Part shown: in pieces, positions 10,131 to 17,634 of the stretch
Numbering within the stretch: position 1 is the first letter of the stretch
Layout of the letters: every line of letters starts with the position of its first letter
Assembly: GCF_049243625.1 (NCBI RefSeq)
Contig: NZ_CP046975.1
Direction: 5' to 3' (one strand)
DNA from: Corynebacterium amycolatum
Lineage (GTDB): Bacteria > Actinomycetota > Actinomycetes > Mycobacteriales > Mycobacteriaceae
Length of the DNA stretch: 32,000 bases
The notes under the pieces: generated by a model
Told to the model about the DNA's origin: nothing
Databases searched by the model: none
What the model saw: only the letters and a program-made list of their open reading frames with translations
Program-made: the position numbers and the translations under genes

Positions 10131-10221
10131 CTGGGTATGTAGTAGCCGGTATTGGATGGTGGTCCAGTTTGCTGGACCGCCAGCGGACTGCTTCGCCTAG
10201 CGTTGTTTAGATGCTCCTTCG

Positions 10222-10258
10222 CCCCGTTCCACCTTGGTGGTTCGGGGTTTTGCTTTTG
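10222..10258 (+). terminator. Intrinsic terminator of the transporter gene
   Basis: CCCCG-tt-CCACC-tt-GGTGG-tt-CGGGG is followed by TTTTGCTTTTG. An additional 10-bp hairpin lies at 10158-10181. Confidence 0.6.
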
Positions 10259-10369
10259 CCTCCAGCTGGCCCTACGCCGTTCAGTCCGGCAGTAGATTTG
10301 TGCACATGGCAGCTAGTCCCAAAATTGACAACCGTAGATATTACGCGCTGCAAATGTGAAACTGTCGGA

Positions 10370-10416
10370 GTTTATGACACTTTCAGGCCATTTTTGTGGG
10401 CCATTTTGTCATAAAC
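10370..10416. repeat. 10-bp perfect inverted repeat enclosing a direct repeat
   Basis: GTTTATGACA (10370-10379) and TGTCATAAAC (10407-10416) are exact reverse complements. Between them GGCCATTTTTGT and GGCCATTTTGTC are near-identical direct repeats. The locus is locally AT-rich. Confidence 0.7.
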
Positions 10417-10446
10417 GCAGTCGCTAACTCGCTAGCCCAGCTCCCG

Positions 10447-10493
10447 AAGAAAAAAATCGGGCTCGAATAAGTGGCGCAACCTTATCCAAGCCC
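10447..10493 (-). terminator. Intrinsic terminator of sigA
   Basis: The minus strand reads GGGCTTGGATAAG-loop-CTTATTCGAGCCC (about 13 bp with two G-U pairs), followed by GATTTTTTTCTTC. It starts about 50 nt after the sigA stop. Confidence 0.6.
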
Positions 10494-10542
10494 AATTTTC
10501 TGGGCTTAGCAGTTAGCCCAATTACGACTCCAGGTTAAAGCT

Positions 10543-12114
10543 TTACTCCAAGTAGTCACGCAGAACCTGCGAACGCGATGGGTGACGTAGCTTGGACATC
10601 GTCTTGGACTCAATCTGACGGATGCGCTCGCGTGTCACACCGTAGACCTGGCCAATCTCGTCAAGAGTACGTGGCATGCCGTCGGTAAGGCCGAAGCGCA
10701 GACGGACGACACCGGCTTCACGTTCGGAGAGAGTCTCCAGAACGTCGCCAAGCTGATCTTGGAGGAGCGTGAAGCTCACGGCGTCCACGGCGATGACTGC
10801 CTCGGAGTCCTCAATGAAGTCACCGAGCTGGGAGTCGCCCTCGTCACCGATGGTCTGGTCTAGCGAAATGGGTTCACGAGCGTACTGCTGAATCTCGAGA
10901 ACCTTTTCCTCGGTGATATCCATTTCCTTAGCGAGCTCTTCCGGAGTGGGCTCGCGGCCGAGATCCTGGAGCAGCTCACGCTGGATACGGCCGAGCTTAT
11001 TAATGACCTCGACCATGTGAACCGGAATACGAATGGTTCGAGCCTGGTCGGCCATTGCACGAGTAATGGCCTGGCGAATCCACCACGTTGCGTACGTGGA
11101 GAACTTGTAGCCCTTGGTGTAGTCGAACTTCTCGACGGCGCGAATCAGGCCGAGGTTGCCCTCCTGAATCAAGTCGAGGAAAGCCATGCCACGGCCGGTG
11201 TAGCGCTTTGCCAGGGATACCACGAGACGGAGGTTGGCCTCGAGCAGGTGGTTCTTGGCGCGCTGACCGTCGCGAGAAATCTCGCGCAAGTCGCGCTTCT
11301 GAGCGTAAGCGATGCGCTCGCCGGCTTCCTTGGCCTCGTCAATCTTGTACTGCGCATACAGACCAGCCTCGATGCGCTTTGCCAGACTGACTTCTTCCTC
11401 GGCAGTCAGCAGCGCGACCTTACCAATCTGCTTGAGGTAGGCGCGGACAGAGTCAGCGGAGGCGGTGAGGGCAGCATCCTTGCGGGCCTGACGCAGACGA
11501 GCGGACTCGTCCTCGTTCCAGACCTCGTCGCCCTCGTCCTCTTCATCCTCGTCTTCGTCTTCGTCCTCGTCGTCCTCGTCGTCCTCTTCTTCATCATCTT
11601 CGAGGTCGTCATCATCCAGATCGTCGTGAAAATCATCGTCTTCGAGATCATCATCCAGATCTGGGTCGTAGTCCCGCTCCTGCTCCAAGTCGTGATCGAG
11701 TTCCTCGTCCTCGAGCTCTTCGTTCTCAGTTGCGTCGAGAGCCTGCGCGTCCTTCGCCTTCGCTGCAGCAGCCTTGGCCGCAGTGGCCTTCGCAGCCGTT
11801 GTCCGCTTAGTTGCCTTCTTGGCGGCGGCCTTACGTGTGGTCTTCTTAGCGACCGACTTCTTAGCCGCCTTCTTCACGGTCTTCTTGGCCGCTGCCTTCT
11901 TAGCGGTCGCCTTTTTCGCCGCAGTCTCGGTAGCAGCTGTCTTTTTGGCAGCCGTCTTCTTGGCGGCAGTTTTCTTCGCGGCAGTCTTCTTTGCCACGGT
12001 CTTCTTCACTGCTTTCTTGATGGCCTTCTTTACAGCCTTCTTTGCAGGAGTAGCTGAACCGGTGCCACTCCCGGTGGATTGGTCCTGAGCTTGCCCCAGT
12101 TCGTTGCCTGCCAC
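10543..12114 (-). CDS. sigA: Primary RNA polymerase sigma factor SigA
   Basis: 523 aa. The C-terminal about 320 aa are near-identical to mycobacterial/corynebacterial SigA as I recall it ([119 protein letters not shown]). The GTG start has GAAAGGG upstream. Confidence 0.95.
   Translation of the reverse strand: MAGNELGQAQDQSTGSGTGSATPAKKAVKKAIKKAVKKTVAKKTAAKKTAAKKTAAKKTAATETAAKKATAKKAAAKKTVKKAAKKSVAKKTTRKAAAKKATKRTTAAKATAAKAAAAKAKDAQALDATENEELEDEELDHDLEQERDYDPDLDDDLEDDDFHDDLDDDDLEDDEEEDDEDDEDEDEDEDEEDEGDEVWNEDESARLRQARKDAALTASADSVRAYLKQIGKVALLTAEEEVSLAKRIEAGLYAQYKIDEAKEAGERIAYAQKRDLREISRDGQRAKNHLLEANLRLVVSLAKRYTGRGMAFLDLIQEGNLGLIRAVEKFDYTKGYKFSTYATWWIRQAITRAMADQARTIRIPVHMVEVINKLGRIQRELLQDLGREPTPEELAKEMDITEEKVLEIQQYAREPISLDQTIGDEGDSQLGDFIEDSEAVIAVDAVSFTLLQDQLGDVLETLSEREAGVVRLRFGLTDGMPRTLDEIGQVYGVTRERIRQIESKTMSKLRHPSRSQVLRDYLE
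11933..12007. repeat. Five imperfect 15-nt tandem units inside sigA (encode AAKKT pentapeptide repeats)
   Basis: The units are gcagctgtctttttg / gcagccgtcttcttg / gcggcagttttcttc / gcggcagtcttcttt / gccacggtcttcttc. On the coding strand these give (K)[19 protein letters not shown]. Confidence 0.75.
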
Positions 12115-12510
12115 GAACGCCCTTTCACGATGTACGTTGTGTGCGCCGCCAAAGCCGCCGCCAGCTTCTCTCGGTCAGAGAGAAGCTCAACGCGCCAGTG
12201 GTGCGCCTTTACTTCGTCTGCAGCCAGCTAGCTGAATGGAGAACATTCAGCGCTGACCTTTTCGTGCCACGGTCATCAGTGTTGCTTTTCTGGCTCCTAG
12301 CGAAGAAGCAATCGGTGAAAATCCTCATCGAAGCAGTGCGCTTGAATTCGATTTTCCCAATCCTCCTCGAGCCTGTTGATTATTCAACCTTGCCGTGAGT
12401 CAACTTCTTATTGTAAACCAATTCTGAAAATCGCCGCCACGGGGCATGGCTTCAACCACGTGTCACGCCCGACGCGTAGCTACCAATCCCCACCCAAGAA
12501 ATGAAACTGT

Positions 12511-13266
12511 TTAAGGGTAAAGCCCCTGGTCAGCTGCAAATGCGGCGCCAGCAATACCCGCATTATTATCCAAACTTGCCGGGACAACTGGAGTCTTACA
12601 TGTCAACAGCGGAATCCACTTTTCGTGTTCGCGGCTGATTCCGCCGCCGACGATAATCCGTGACGGCCAAAACAGCGCCTCGTAGGTCCTAAGCACCTTG
12701 CTCACGCGCTCAGCCCACTCTTCGAAGCCGAGCCCCTCCACATCTTTAATTCTCGCGGATGCAAAGTGTTCGGCCTCCGTGCCATCGATGACGAGATGGC
12801 CTAACTCCGAATTGGGGTAGAGCAATCCGTCATGAATAAGCGCGGAGCCGATGCCGGTACCAAAAGTTAGCAACAACACGGCGCCAGTTTTATTGCCCGG
12901 ATCGCCAAACTGGACTTCAGCGAGGCCGGCAGCGTCAGCGTCGTTAAGCACGTGCGCTTTGTTGTTGGGCAGATGTTTAGCGAAGAGCTCTTGGCAGTTC
13001 GTATTAACCCAAGAACCGTCAATATTGGCGGCCAGCAAGGCAATCTGATTATGTACGACGGACGGAATCGTGATGCCGACATCGGAATCCCACTGCGCAA
13101 TGTCCACAATTTCCGCAATGGTCTTCGCAACCGCCTCCGGGGTTGCCGGCTGTGGCGTGAAAATCTTAATGCGGTCGCCAATAAGCTGCCCAGTATCAAG
13201 GTCCACGCGGCCACCCTTGATTCCAGAGCCTCCGACGTCGATGCCAAATCCAATTCGTTGTCCCAT
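12511..13266 (-). CDS. ppgK: Polyphosphate/ATP glucokinase (ROK family)
   Basis: 251 aa. FGIDVGGSGIKGGRVDL is the ROK/actin-fold phosphate-1 motif, and LLLTFGTGIGSALI is also present. It lies between sigA and suhB as in other Mycobacteriales. Confidence 0.9.
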   Translation of the reverse strand: MGQRIGFGIDVGGSGIKGGRVDLDTGQLIGDRIKIFTPQPATPEAVAKTIAEIVDIAQWDSDVGITIPSVVHNQIALLAANIDGSWVNTNCQELFAKHLPNNKAHVLNDADAAGLAEVQFGDPGNKTGAVLLLTFGTGIGSALIHDGLLYPNSELGHLVIDGTEAEHFASARIKDVEGLGFEEWAERVSKVLRTYEALFWPSRIIVGGGISREHEKWIPLLTCKTPVVPASLDNNAGIAGAAFAADQGLYP

Positions 13267-13273
13267 AGCTCAA

Positions 13274-13279
13274 ATTGTA
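13274..13279 (-). promoter_or_regulatory. -10 box (TACAAT) positioned for a leaderless ppgK transcript
   Basis: The minus strand reads TACAAT-ttgagct-ATG. The 7-nt gap puts the expected TSS at or next to the A of the start codon, and there is no SD sequence. Confidence 0.4.
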
Positions 13280-13288
13280 CGAAACAGA

Positions 13289-13294
13289 CACAAT
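13289..13294 (+). promoter_or_regulatory. -10-like box (CACAAT) positioned for a leaderless suhB transcript
   Basis: CACAAT-gggggc-ATG. The 6-nt gap puts the expected TSS at the start codon, and there is no SD sequence. Confidence 0.3.
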
Positions 13295-13300
13295 GGGGGC

Positions 13301-14278
13301 ATGAGCATTAACTCGCGTGGCACCGAACAACTCGCTAGCAGGGCAGATAATAGGGGGTTTAGTGCACCGAATAGCCCCGGATCTGTGCGACCCAGCGTCA
13401 GGGAATTGCGCGATCGCGCGGTATTTATTGCCCGCGCAGCCGCGGCGCACATCGCCAGTCGTCGGGTCGAACTCGGCTCCGATGGCGTTTTAGCAAGCTC
13501 CGAAACGAAGTCCTCAGCTGTTGACCCGGTCACCGTCGTCGACCGTGAATCTGAGGAGCTCATTCGTTCGCTCATCAAGGCGTTTAGCAGCTCCGACCGT
13601 ATTTTGGGCGAAGAAGGCGGGCTTGACGACGGCCCGGGCTCTCAAGCGCAAGCTACTGACGCGGCCGAAGCGGTGACCTGGATCGTAGACCCCATCGATG
13701 GCACAGTGAATTTCCTTTACGGATTGCCCAACTTTGCTGTGAGTATCGCCTGCGCCGTAGGCGATGAGGTCGTGGCGGGTGCAGTGGCAAATGTGTCCTC
13801 GGGAGAGATTTACAGTGCAGCAAAGGGAGAGGGCGCTCAGGTTTCTCGGCGGGACGGCACTGTGCAGACGCTTAGTTGTTCCCCAACGGCCGAGCTGGAA
13901 AAGACACTTGTGGCAACAGGATTCAGCTATTCCGCTAATCTCCGGCAGGTGCAGGGGCGGATAGCGTCGCAGTTGTTGGGGGAGTGTCGAGATATTCGGC
14001 GCATGGGATCGGCGGCGCTCGATTTGTGCATGGTGGCGCACGGCCGTGTTGATGCGTATTACGAACACGACATCAAGATTTGGGACTATGCAGCAGGTGC
14101 TCTGATTGCGGCTGAAGCAGGCGCAAGAATTAGGGTCCCGGAATTCACGCAGTGTGCCAACGCTGCTGGCCGGCCGGAGGGAGACCCGCTCGACTTCGGT
14201 GTCGGTGCGGCGAATCCTGAAGTTGCCGATGCGTTCTTCGAAGCATTGGATGGTGCGACCGCGAAGGCTAGGAATTAG
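13301..14278 (+). CDS. suhB: Inositol monophosphatase family protein
   Basis: IMPase motifs are present: ILGEEGG, WIVDPIDGTVNFLYGLPNFAVSIA and WDYAAGALIAAEAG. The ORF opens at 13070, but that stretch overlaps ppgK on the opposite strand. The ATG at 13301 is the first start outside ppgK. Confidence 0.85.
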   Translation: MSINSRGTEQLASRADNRGFSAPNSPGSVRPSVRELRDRAVFIARAAAAHIASRRVELGSDGVLASSETKSSAVDPVTVVDRESEELIRSLIKAFSSSDRILGEEGGLDDGPGSQAQATDAAEAVTWIVDPIDGTVNFLYGLPNFAVSIACAVGDEVVAGAVANVSSGEIYSAAKGEGAQVSRRDGTVQTLSCSPTAELEKTLVATGFSYSANLRQVQGRIASQLLGECRDIRRMGSAALDLCMVAHGRVDAYYEHDIKIWDYAAGALIAAEAGARIRVPEFTQCANAAGRPEGDPLDFGVGAANPEVADAFFEALDGATAKARN

Positions 14279-14288
14279 GGGCGTCTGT

Positions 14289-14906
14289 CTAGGAACAGGT
14301 GCTCGAGCTTAATGAGCTTAACCCCTCTAGATCGGCTTGTTCTCCACGGTTCAATGCGGACAACGTTTCCTCAACCTGGCTGACTACTTCGAGGTCCTTA
14401 AACCCCTTACCCAACGACACATCGACGGTTGCATCCGGCCGACCATCGTGGATGAGCTCAAAACAGGGGAAAAGAGCGTGAAGCGCTGCGGCGTGGCCAT
14501 TGAACTGCTCGCCATAACGCAGCTGGCCGAAGCAGCCGAGGTCTTGGTTTTCCACAATAGGGTCGTTGCCGTAGGGAACCTGCTCATCGAGAACAAAATC
14601 GAGTTGCCGCAATTGTTCGGCGACGGTTGTAGCCTGGCCGACTTTGCCGTTGGCGTTATAGACGCGCACATGAACATCCGACGGTGGAACGACGTGTTCT
14701 CCGATTAGCGTGGTGGAGGAAACAGGGGTGCCAGCTGCGGGGAGGGAACAGGGGACCGGATAACTGGCCGGTTGGCTGCGGAATGCCAATACCCACGACG
14801 TAGCGGCAATCACTACAGCTACGACGGAAACCACCACGTAGGGAACAATTTTTCGTCGATGTGATGCGCTCGAAGTGCTCGCGGGGCCTGAACTCATGAC
14901 CATCAT
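14289..14906 (-). CDS. LytR_C (LytR/CpsA/Psr C-terminal) domain membrane-anchored protein
   Basis: It has one N-terminal TM helix (IVPYVVVSVVAVVIAATSWVLAF) followed by VRVYNANGKVGQATTVAEQLRQLDF, typical of LytR_C. The ATG at 14906 has GAGGAGAGGA upstream. The longer 297-aa ORF is not supported. Confidence 0.7.
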   Translation of the reverse strand: MMVMSSGPASTSSASHRRKIVPYVVVSVVAVVIAATSWVLAFRSQPASYPVPCSLPAAGTPVSSTTLIGEHVVPPSDVHVRVYNANGKVGQATTVAEQLRQLDFVLDEQVPYGNDPIVENQDLGCFGQLRYGEQFNGHAAALHALFPCFELIHDGRPDATVDVSLGKGFKDLEVVSQVEETLSALNRGEQADLEGLSSLSSSTCS

Positions 14907-15100
14907 GTTATCCTCTCCTCGACTAATGGGCATAGAAATCTGTTCTGACCTGCAGAGATGACAGATAGCGTGAATTGCCTTAATATCCGCTGAGAAAGGC
15001 ACTGGAGAGTACAGGGTGTCAATCGTCTCAACGCGTTGTATTCTCCGAGAAAAAGTCAGTTCACAATGTCTAGCAAAGGTCCAGAAAGAAGGTTTGGGAC

Positions 15101-15397
15101 ATGGCTGTAAACTACGATGCCCCGCGTACTCGTGAAACCGAAGAGCTGGAGACCGATTCCCTCGAGGGCCTTCAGGCTGCATCTGCTGAGAAGGAAATCG
15201 ACGACACCGACGACGGCGAAATTGTCGAGCCGTTCGAGTTGCCGGTCGCCGACATCGCGGGTGAAGAATTCGATATGGATGTCGCCCCGAAGGGAGACGA
15301 TGAATTCACCTGTGGCTCCTGCTTCATGGTCATGCACCGCTCGATGATTGCAATCGATAACGGCGATGGTTTCCCCATCTGCCAGGACTGTGCCTAA
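15101..15397 (+). CDS. DUF4193-type protein (acidic N-terminus plus C-terminal CxxC...CxxC zinc ribbon)
   Basis: 98 aa. MAVNYDAPRTRE is followed by a D/E-rich segment, then FTCGSCFMVMHRS...FPICQDCA. Confidence 0.8.
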   Translation: MAVNYDAPRTRETEELETDSLEGLQAASAEKEIDDTDDGEIVEPFELPVADIAGEEFDMDVAPKGDDEFTCGSCFMVMHRSMIAIDNGDGFPICQDCA

Positions 15398-15424
15398 TCC
15401 CCGCACAACTGGGATAACTTCCTA

Positions 15425-15460
15425 GGAAAAGGAAAACCGCCACTACCACGGTTATGGCGG
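15425..15460 (-). terminator. Weak terminator-like hairpin downstream of the DUF3093 gene
   Basis: The minus strand has a 6-bp CCGCCA/TGGCGG stem with a 12-nt loop, followed by TTTTCCTTTTCC. Confidence 0.4.
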
Positions 15461-15506
15461 CGCTGGGGTCGTCGGCAAGCGTGTAGCGGCGGTGAGAGAT
15501 TGTGAC

Positions 15507-16058
15507 CTAGCGGTCGAAGAGACTGTCAAGTAGTGCCTCGGGGCGGCGGGTGGAGACCAGCCAATAGGGGGTTGGGTCGTCTGGATCGTCGAGGACTAGC
15601 AGCACCATCGTGGGAATCCACGTGTGCGTAACCAGGAATGCTGCTGGATCGAGCTGACGGCCCAACGCATTGCGCTGCGCGGACTTCGGGACCACCAGGG
15701 ATTTGGCAACGACCGATGCTGGCAAAACTGCCGTGCCAGCGTGAAGCCAGCGTTCACCAGTGCTGTCCACTTCCACGGACACCGTGGTCTTCGACATAGT
15801 CAACAGCACCCACACGCCTACGGCTAGACAAATAATGCCGCCGATGACAAGCCAAATCGGTGAACGGTTAAAGCCAATCTGAGCCGTGCATACGAAAACG
15901 GCAACACCGCCGAGTACCCAGAACCACCAGGGAACCCAGAGCTTTTCGGAATAGACAATCGATGAATCTCCGCTCGAGCTGATTGTTATTGCCGCACCTT
16001 CAGAGACGGATGCTGAGCTGTCGTCGCGACGAGGCTGCAGGTTATCTTTTCCACTCAC
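15507..16058 (-). CDS. DUF3093-type membrane protein
   Basis: 183 aa. There are two TM helices (WWFWVLGGVAVFVCTAQIGF / IWLVIGGIICLAVGVWVLLTM), then a soluble domain. It is divergent from dut, as in other Mycobacteriales. Confidence 0.7.
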   Translation of the reverse strand: MSGKDNLQPRRDDSSASVSEGAAITISSSGDSSIVYSEKLWVPWWFWVLGGVAVFVCTAQIGFNRSPIWLVIGGIICLAVGVWVLLTMSKTTVSVEVDSTGERWLHAGTAVLPASVVAKSLVVPKSAQRNALGRQLDPAAFLVTHTWIPTMVLLVLDDPDDPTPYWLVSTRRPEALLDSLFDR

Positions 16059-16149
16059 GGTTATCCATTCTAGGGCACGGCTATGCTCGGTACTGACAAG
16101 GCCGAAGTGCGGTTCTTAAAAGACGCGACAGCGAAGGATATACGAAGAG

Positions 16150-16602
16150 ATGACTTATGCTCCGGTGCAAGTGAAAAAGCTCACTAAAGACGCAGTGATC
16201 CCCCAGCGTGCGCATGCTGATGATGCCGGTGTGGATTTGAGCTCAGCGGAGGATGTCGTCCTAGCACCAGGGCAACGGGCACTCGTCGGAACCGGAATTG
16301 CCATTGCCTTGCCGGCGGGCACAGTGGGATTGGTTCATCCACGCTCCGGATTGGCTTTCAAAAAGGGGCTATCCATCGTCAACGCTCCCGGCACGATTGA
16401 TGCCGGTTACCGTGGTGAGCTTAAAGTCTGCCTGATCAACTTGGATCCGACCAATGCGGTGGAGATCACCAAAGGTGATCGAATCGCACAGTTGGTTGTG
16501 CAGAAGGTCGAGCTCAGTCCGATGGTGGAGGTCGATGAACTCGATGAAACTGAACGCGGTGCGGGCGGTCACGGGTCAACCGGAGTGTCCACGACGCTTT
16601 AA
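16150..16602 (+). CDS. dut: dUTP diphosphatase
   Basis: 150 aa. dUTPase motifs are present: [29 protein letters not shown] and [10 protein letters not shown]. Confidence 0.95.
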   Translation: MTYAPVQVKKLTKDAVIPQRAHADDAGVDLSSAEDVVLAPGQRALVGTGIAIALPAGTVGLVHPRSGLAFKKGLSIVNAPGTIDAGYRGELKVCLINLDPTNAVEITKGDRIAQLVVQKVELSPMVEVDELDETERGAGGHGSTGVSTTL

Positions 16603-16720
16603 AACGTCTCTGACAGCGCGGGGACCCCACCAAGTGTGGTTCAATGCGTGAAGAGCTCAATAAAGCGTTTACAAAGGTGTATACAAAAATTTCTTTTTAG
16701 CGAGGTGTCAATAAACCACC

Positions 16721-17500
16721 ATGTGGCCATTTGGAAAGAAGAACCAGCCAGAAGAACCAGCTGCTGAGGCAGAGGCCGTTACCACCGACTCTGCGGCGCC
16801 AGCTTCTGAGGAAGCTACCGCAACCCTGCATGACGACGCGTCGGAAACCGCCGCGGAGAACGCACCAGCAAACGGCCCCTTCGATATCAGCAGCGCTAGC
16901 CCGACGCAGTTTGATTTTTCAGACTTCGCTAAGGCCAGCCTGAACCTCGGTTCGATGCTGCTGCCTATTCCTCACGTTGGTGATATTCAGGTGGAGATGG
17001 GGCCGACAGGTCCAACCATGCTGCACGTCGCCACTGAGCATGGTCGCGTAACTCCTGTAGCATTCGCTGCTCCGACGTCGGGTGGCCTCTGGGAGGAGTC
17101 CGCTCAGGAAATCAAGGACGGTCTTGAGTCCGATGGCCTCGATGTCCACGTTGAGCAGGGGCCGTGGGGTTCTGAGGTCGTTGGCCGCACCTCCGATATG
17201 GAGATGCGAATCATTGGCGCCGACGGCCCGCGTTGGATGCTTCGCATGACGGCCTCCGGTCCGGCTGATCGGGCGGAGGAACTTGCGGACCTCGCCCGCG
17301 GTCTCCTTGCCCGTAGCTTCGTCTCTCGCGGTGAGAACCCGATGCCGGCAGGTCAGCCGCTTCCGGTTACGCTGCCGTCCCAGATGGCGGAGCAGATTCG
17401 TCAGGCATACCAGCAGCAGACCCAGGCTGCTCAAGCTGAAGGTGAACCAGGGCAGGTGCCAGGCGCTACTGGTATCAACCCGGATGGTTCCACCAATTAG
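16721..17500 (+). CDS. DUF3710-type protein
   Basis: 259 aa. MWPFGKK, GPFD, AFAAPTSGGLWEE, GADGPRWMLR and RGENPMPAGQPLPVTLP fit the family found downstream of dut in actinobacteria. Confidence 0.7.
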   Translation: MWPFGKKNQPEEPAAEAEAVTTDSAAPASEEATATLHDDASETAAENAPANGPFDISSASPTQFDFSDFAKASLNLGSMLLPIPHVGDIQVEMGPTGPTMLHVATEHGRVTPVAFAAPTSGGLWEESAQEIKDGLESDGLDVHVEQGPWGSEVVGRTSDMEMRIIGADGPRWMLRMTASGPADRAEELADLARGLLARSFVSRGENPMPAGQPLPVTLPSQMAEQIRQAYQQQTQAAQAEGEPGQVPGATGINPDGSTN

Positions 17501-17580
17501 TTTGGTCAACCCGCCAGCACAGAGAAGCTAGCTGCTTGTCCAGTTAGAAAAGGATTTGCAGGCGCCACTGTGCGCTGCCC

Positions 17581-17611
17581 GCCGCCGTCACCCGACGGCG
17601 GCTTTTCTCTT
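17581..17611 (+). terminator. Intrinsic terminator after the DUF3710 gene
   Basis: GCCGCCGTC-accc-GACGGCGGC (a 9-bp perfect GC stem) is followed by TTTTCTCTT. Confidence 0.75.
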
Positions 17612-17634
17612 GTCAGCGGGTAGTATCACACTGC

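Noticed and set aside
10211-10414. 67-aa ORF in the transporter/sigA spacer and 85-aa ORF at 12141-12398 upstream of sigA
   Set aside because: Both run through terminator or hairpin structures and have no RBS. Their composition is not protein-like, so the regions are treated as non-coding.
11017-12057. 346-aa plus-strand ORF (and 11774-12088, 11088-11390) antisense to sigA
   Set aside because: It lies fully inside the well-supported sigA gene. Its product is low-complexity Leu/Val/Phe-rich sequence produced by reading the Lys/Asp/Glu repeat codons backwards, which is a typical high-GC antisense artefact.
13070-13300. N-terminal 77-aa extension of the IMPase ORF
   Set aside because: It overlaps the ppgK coding sequence on the opposite strand. 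IMPase homology only begins after the ATG at 13301.
14907-15182. Upstream 91-aa extension of the LytR_C ORF (297-aa version)
   Set aside because: The extension overlaps the start of the divergent DUF4193 gene and lacks an RBS. The internal ATG at 14906 has a strong GAGGAGAGGA RBS and is followed directly by the TM anchor.
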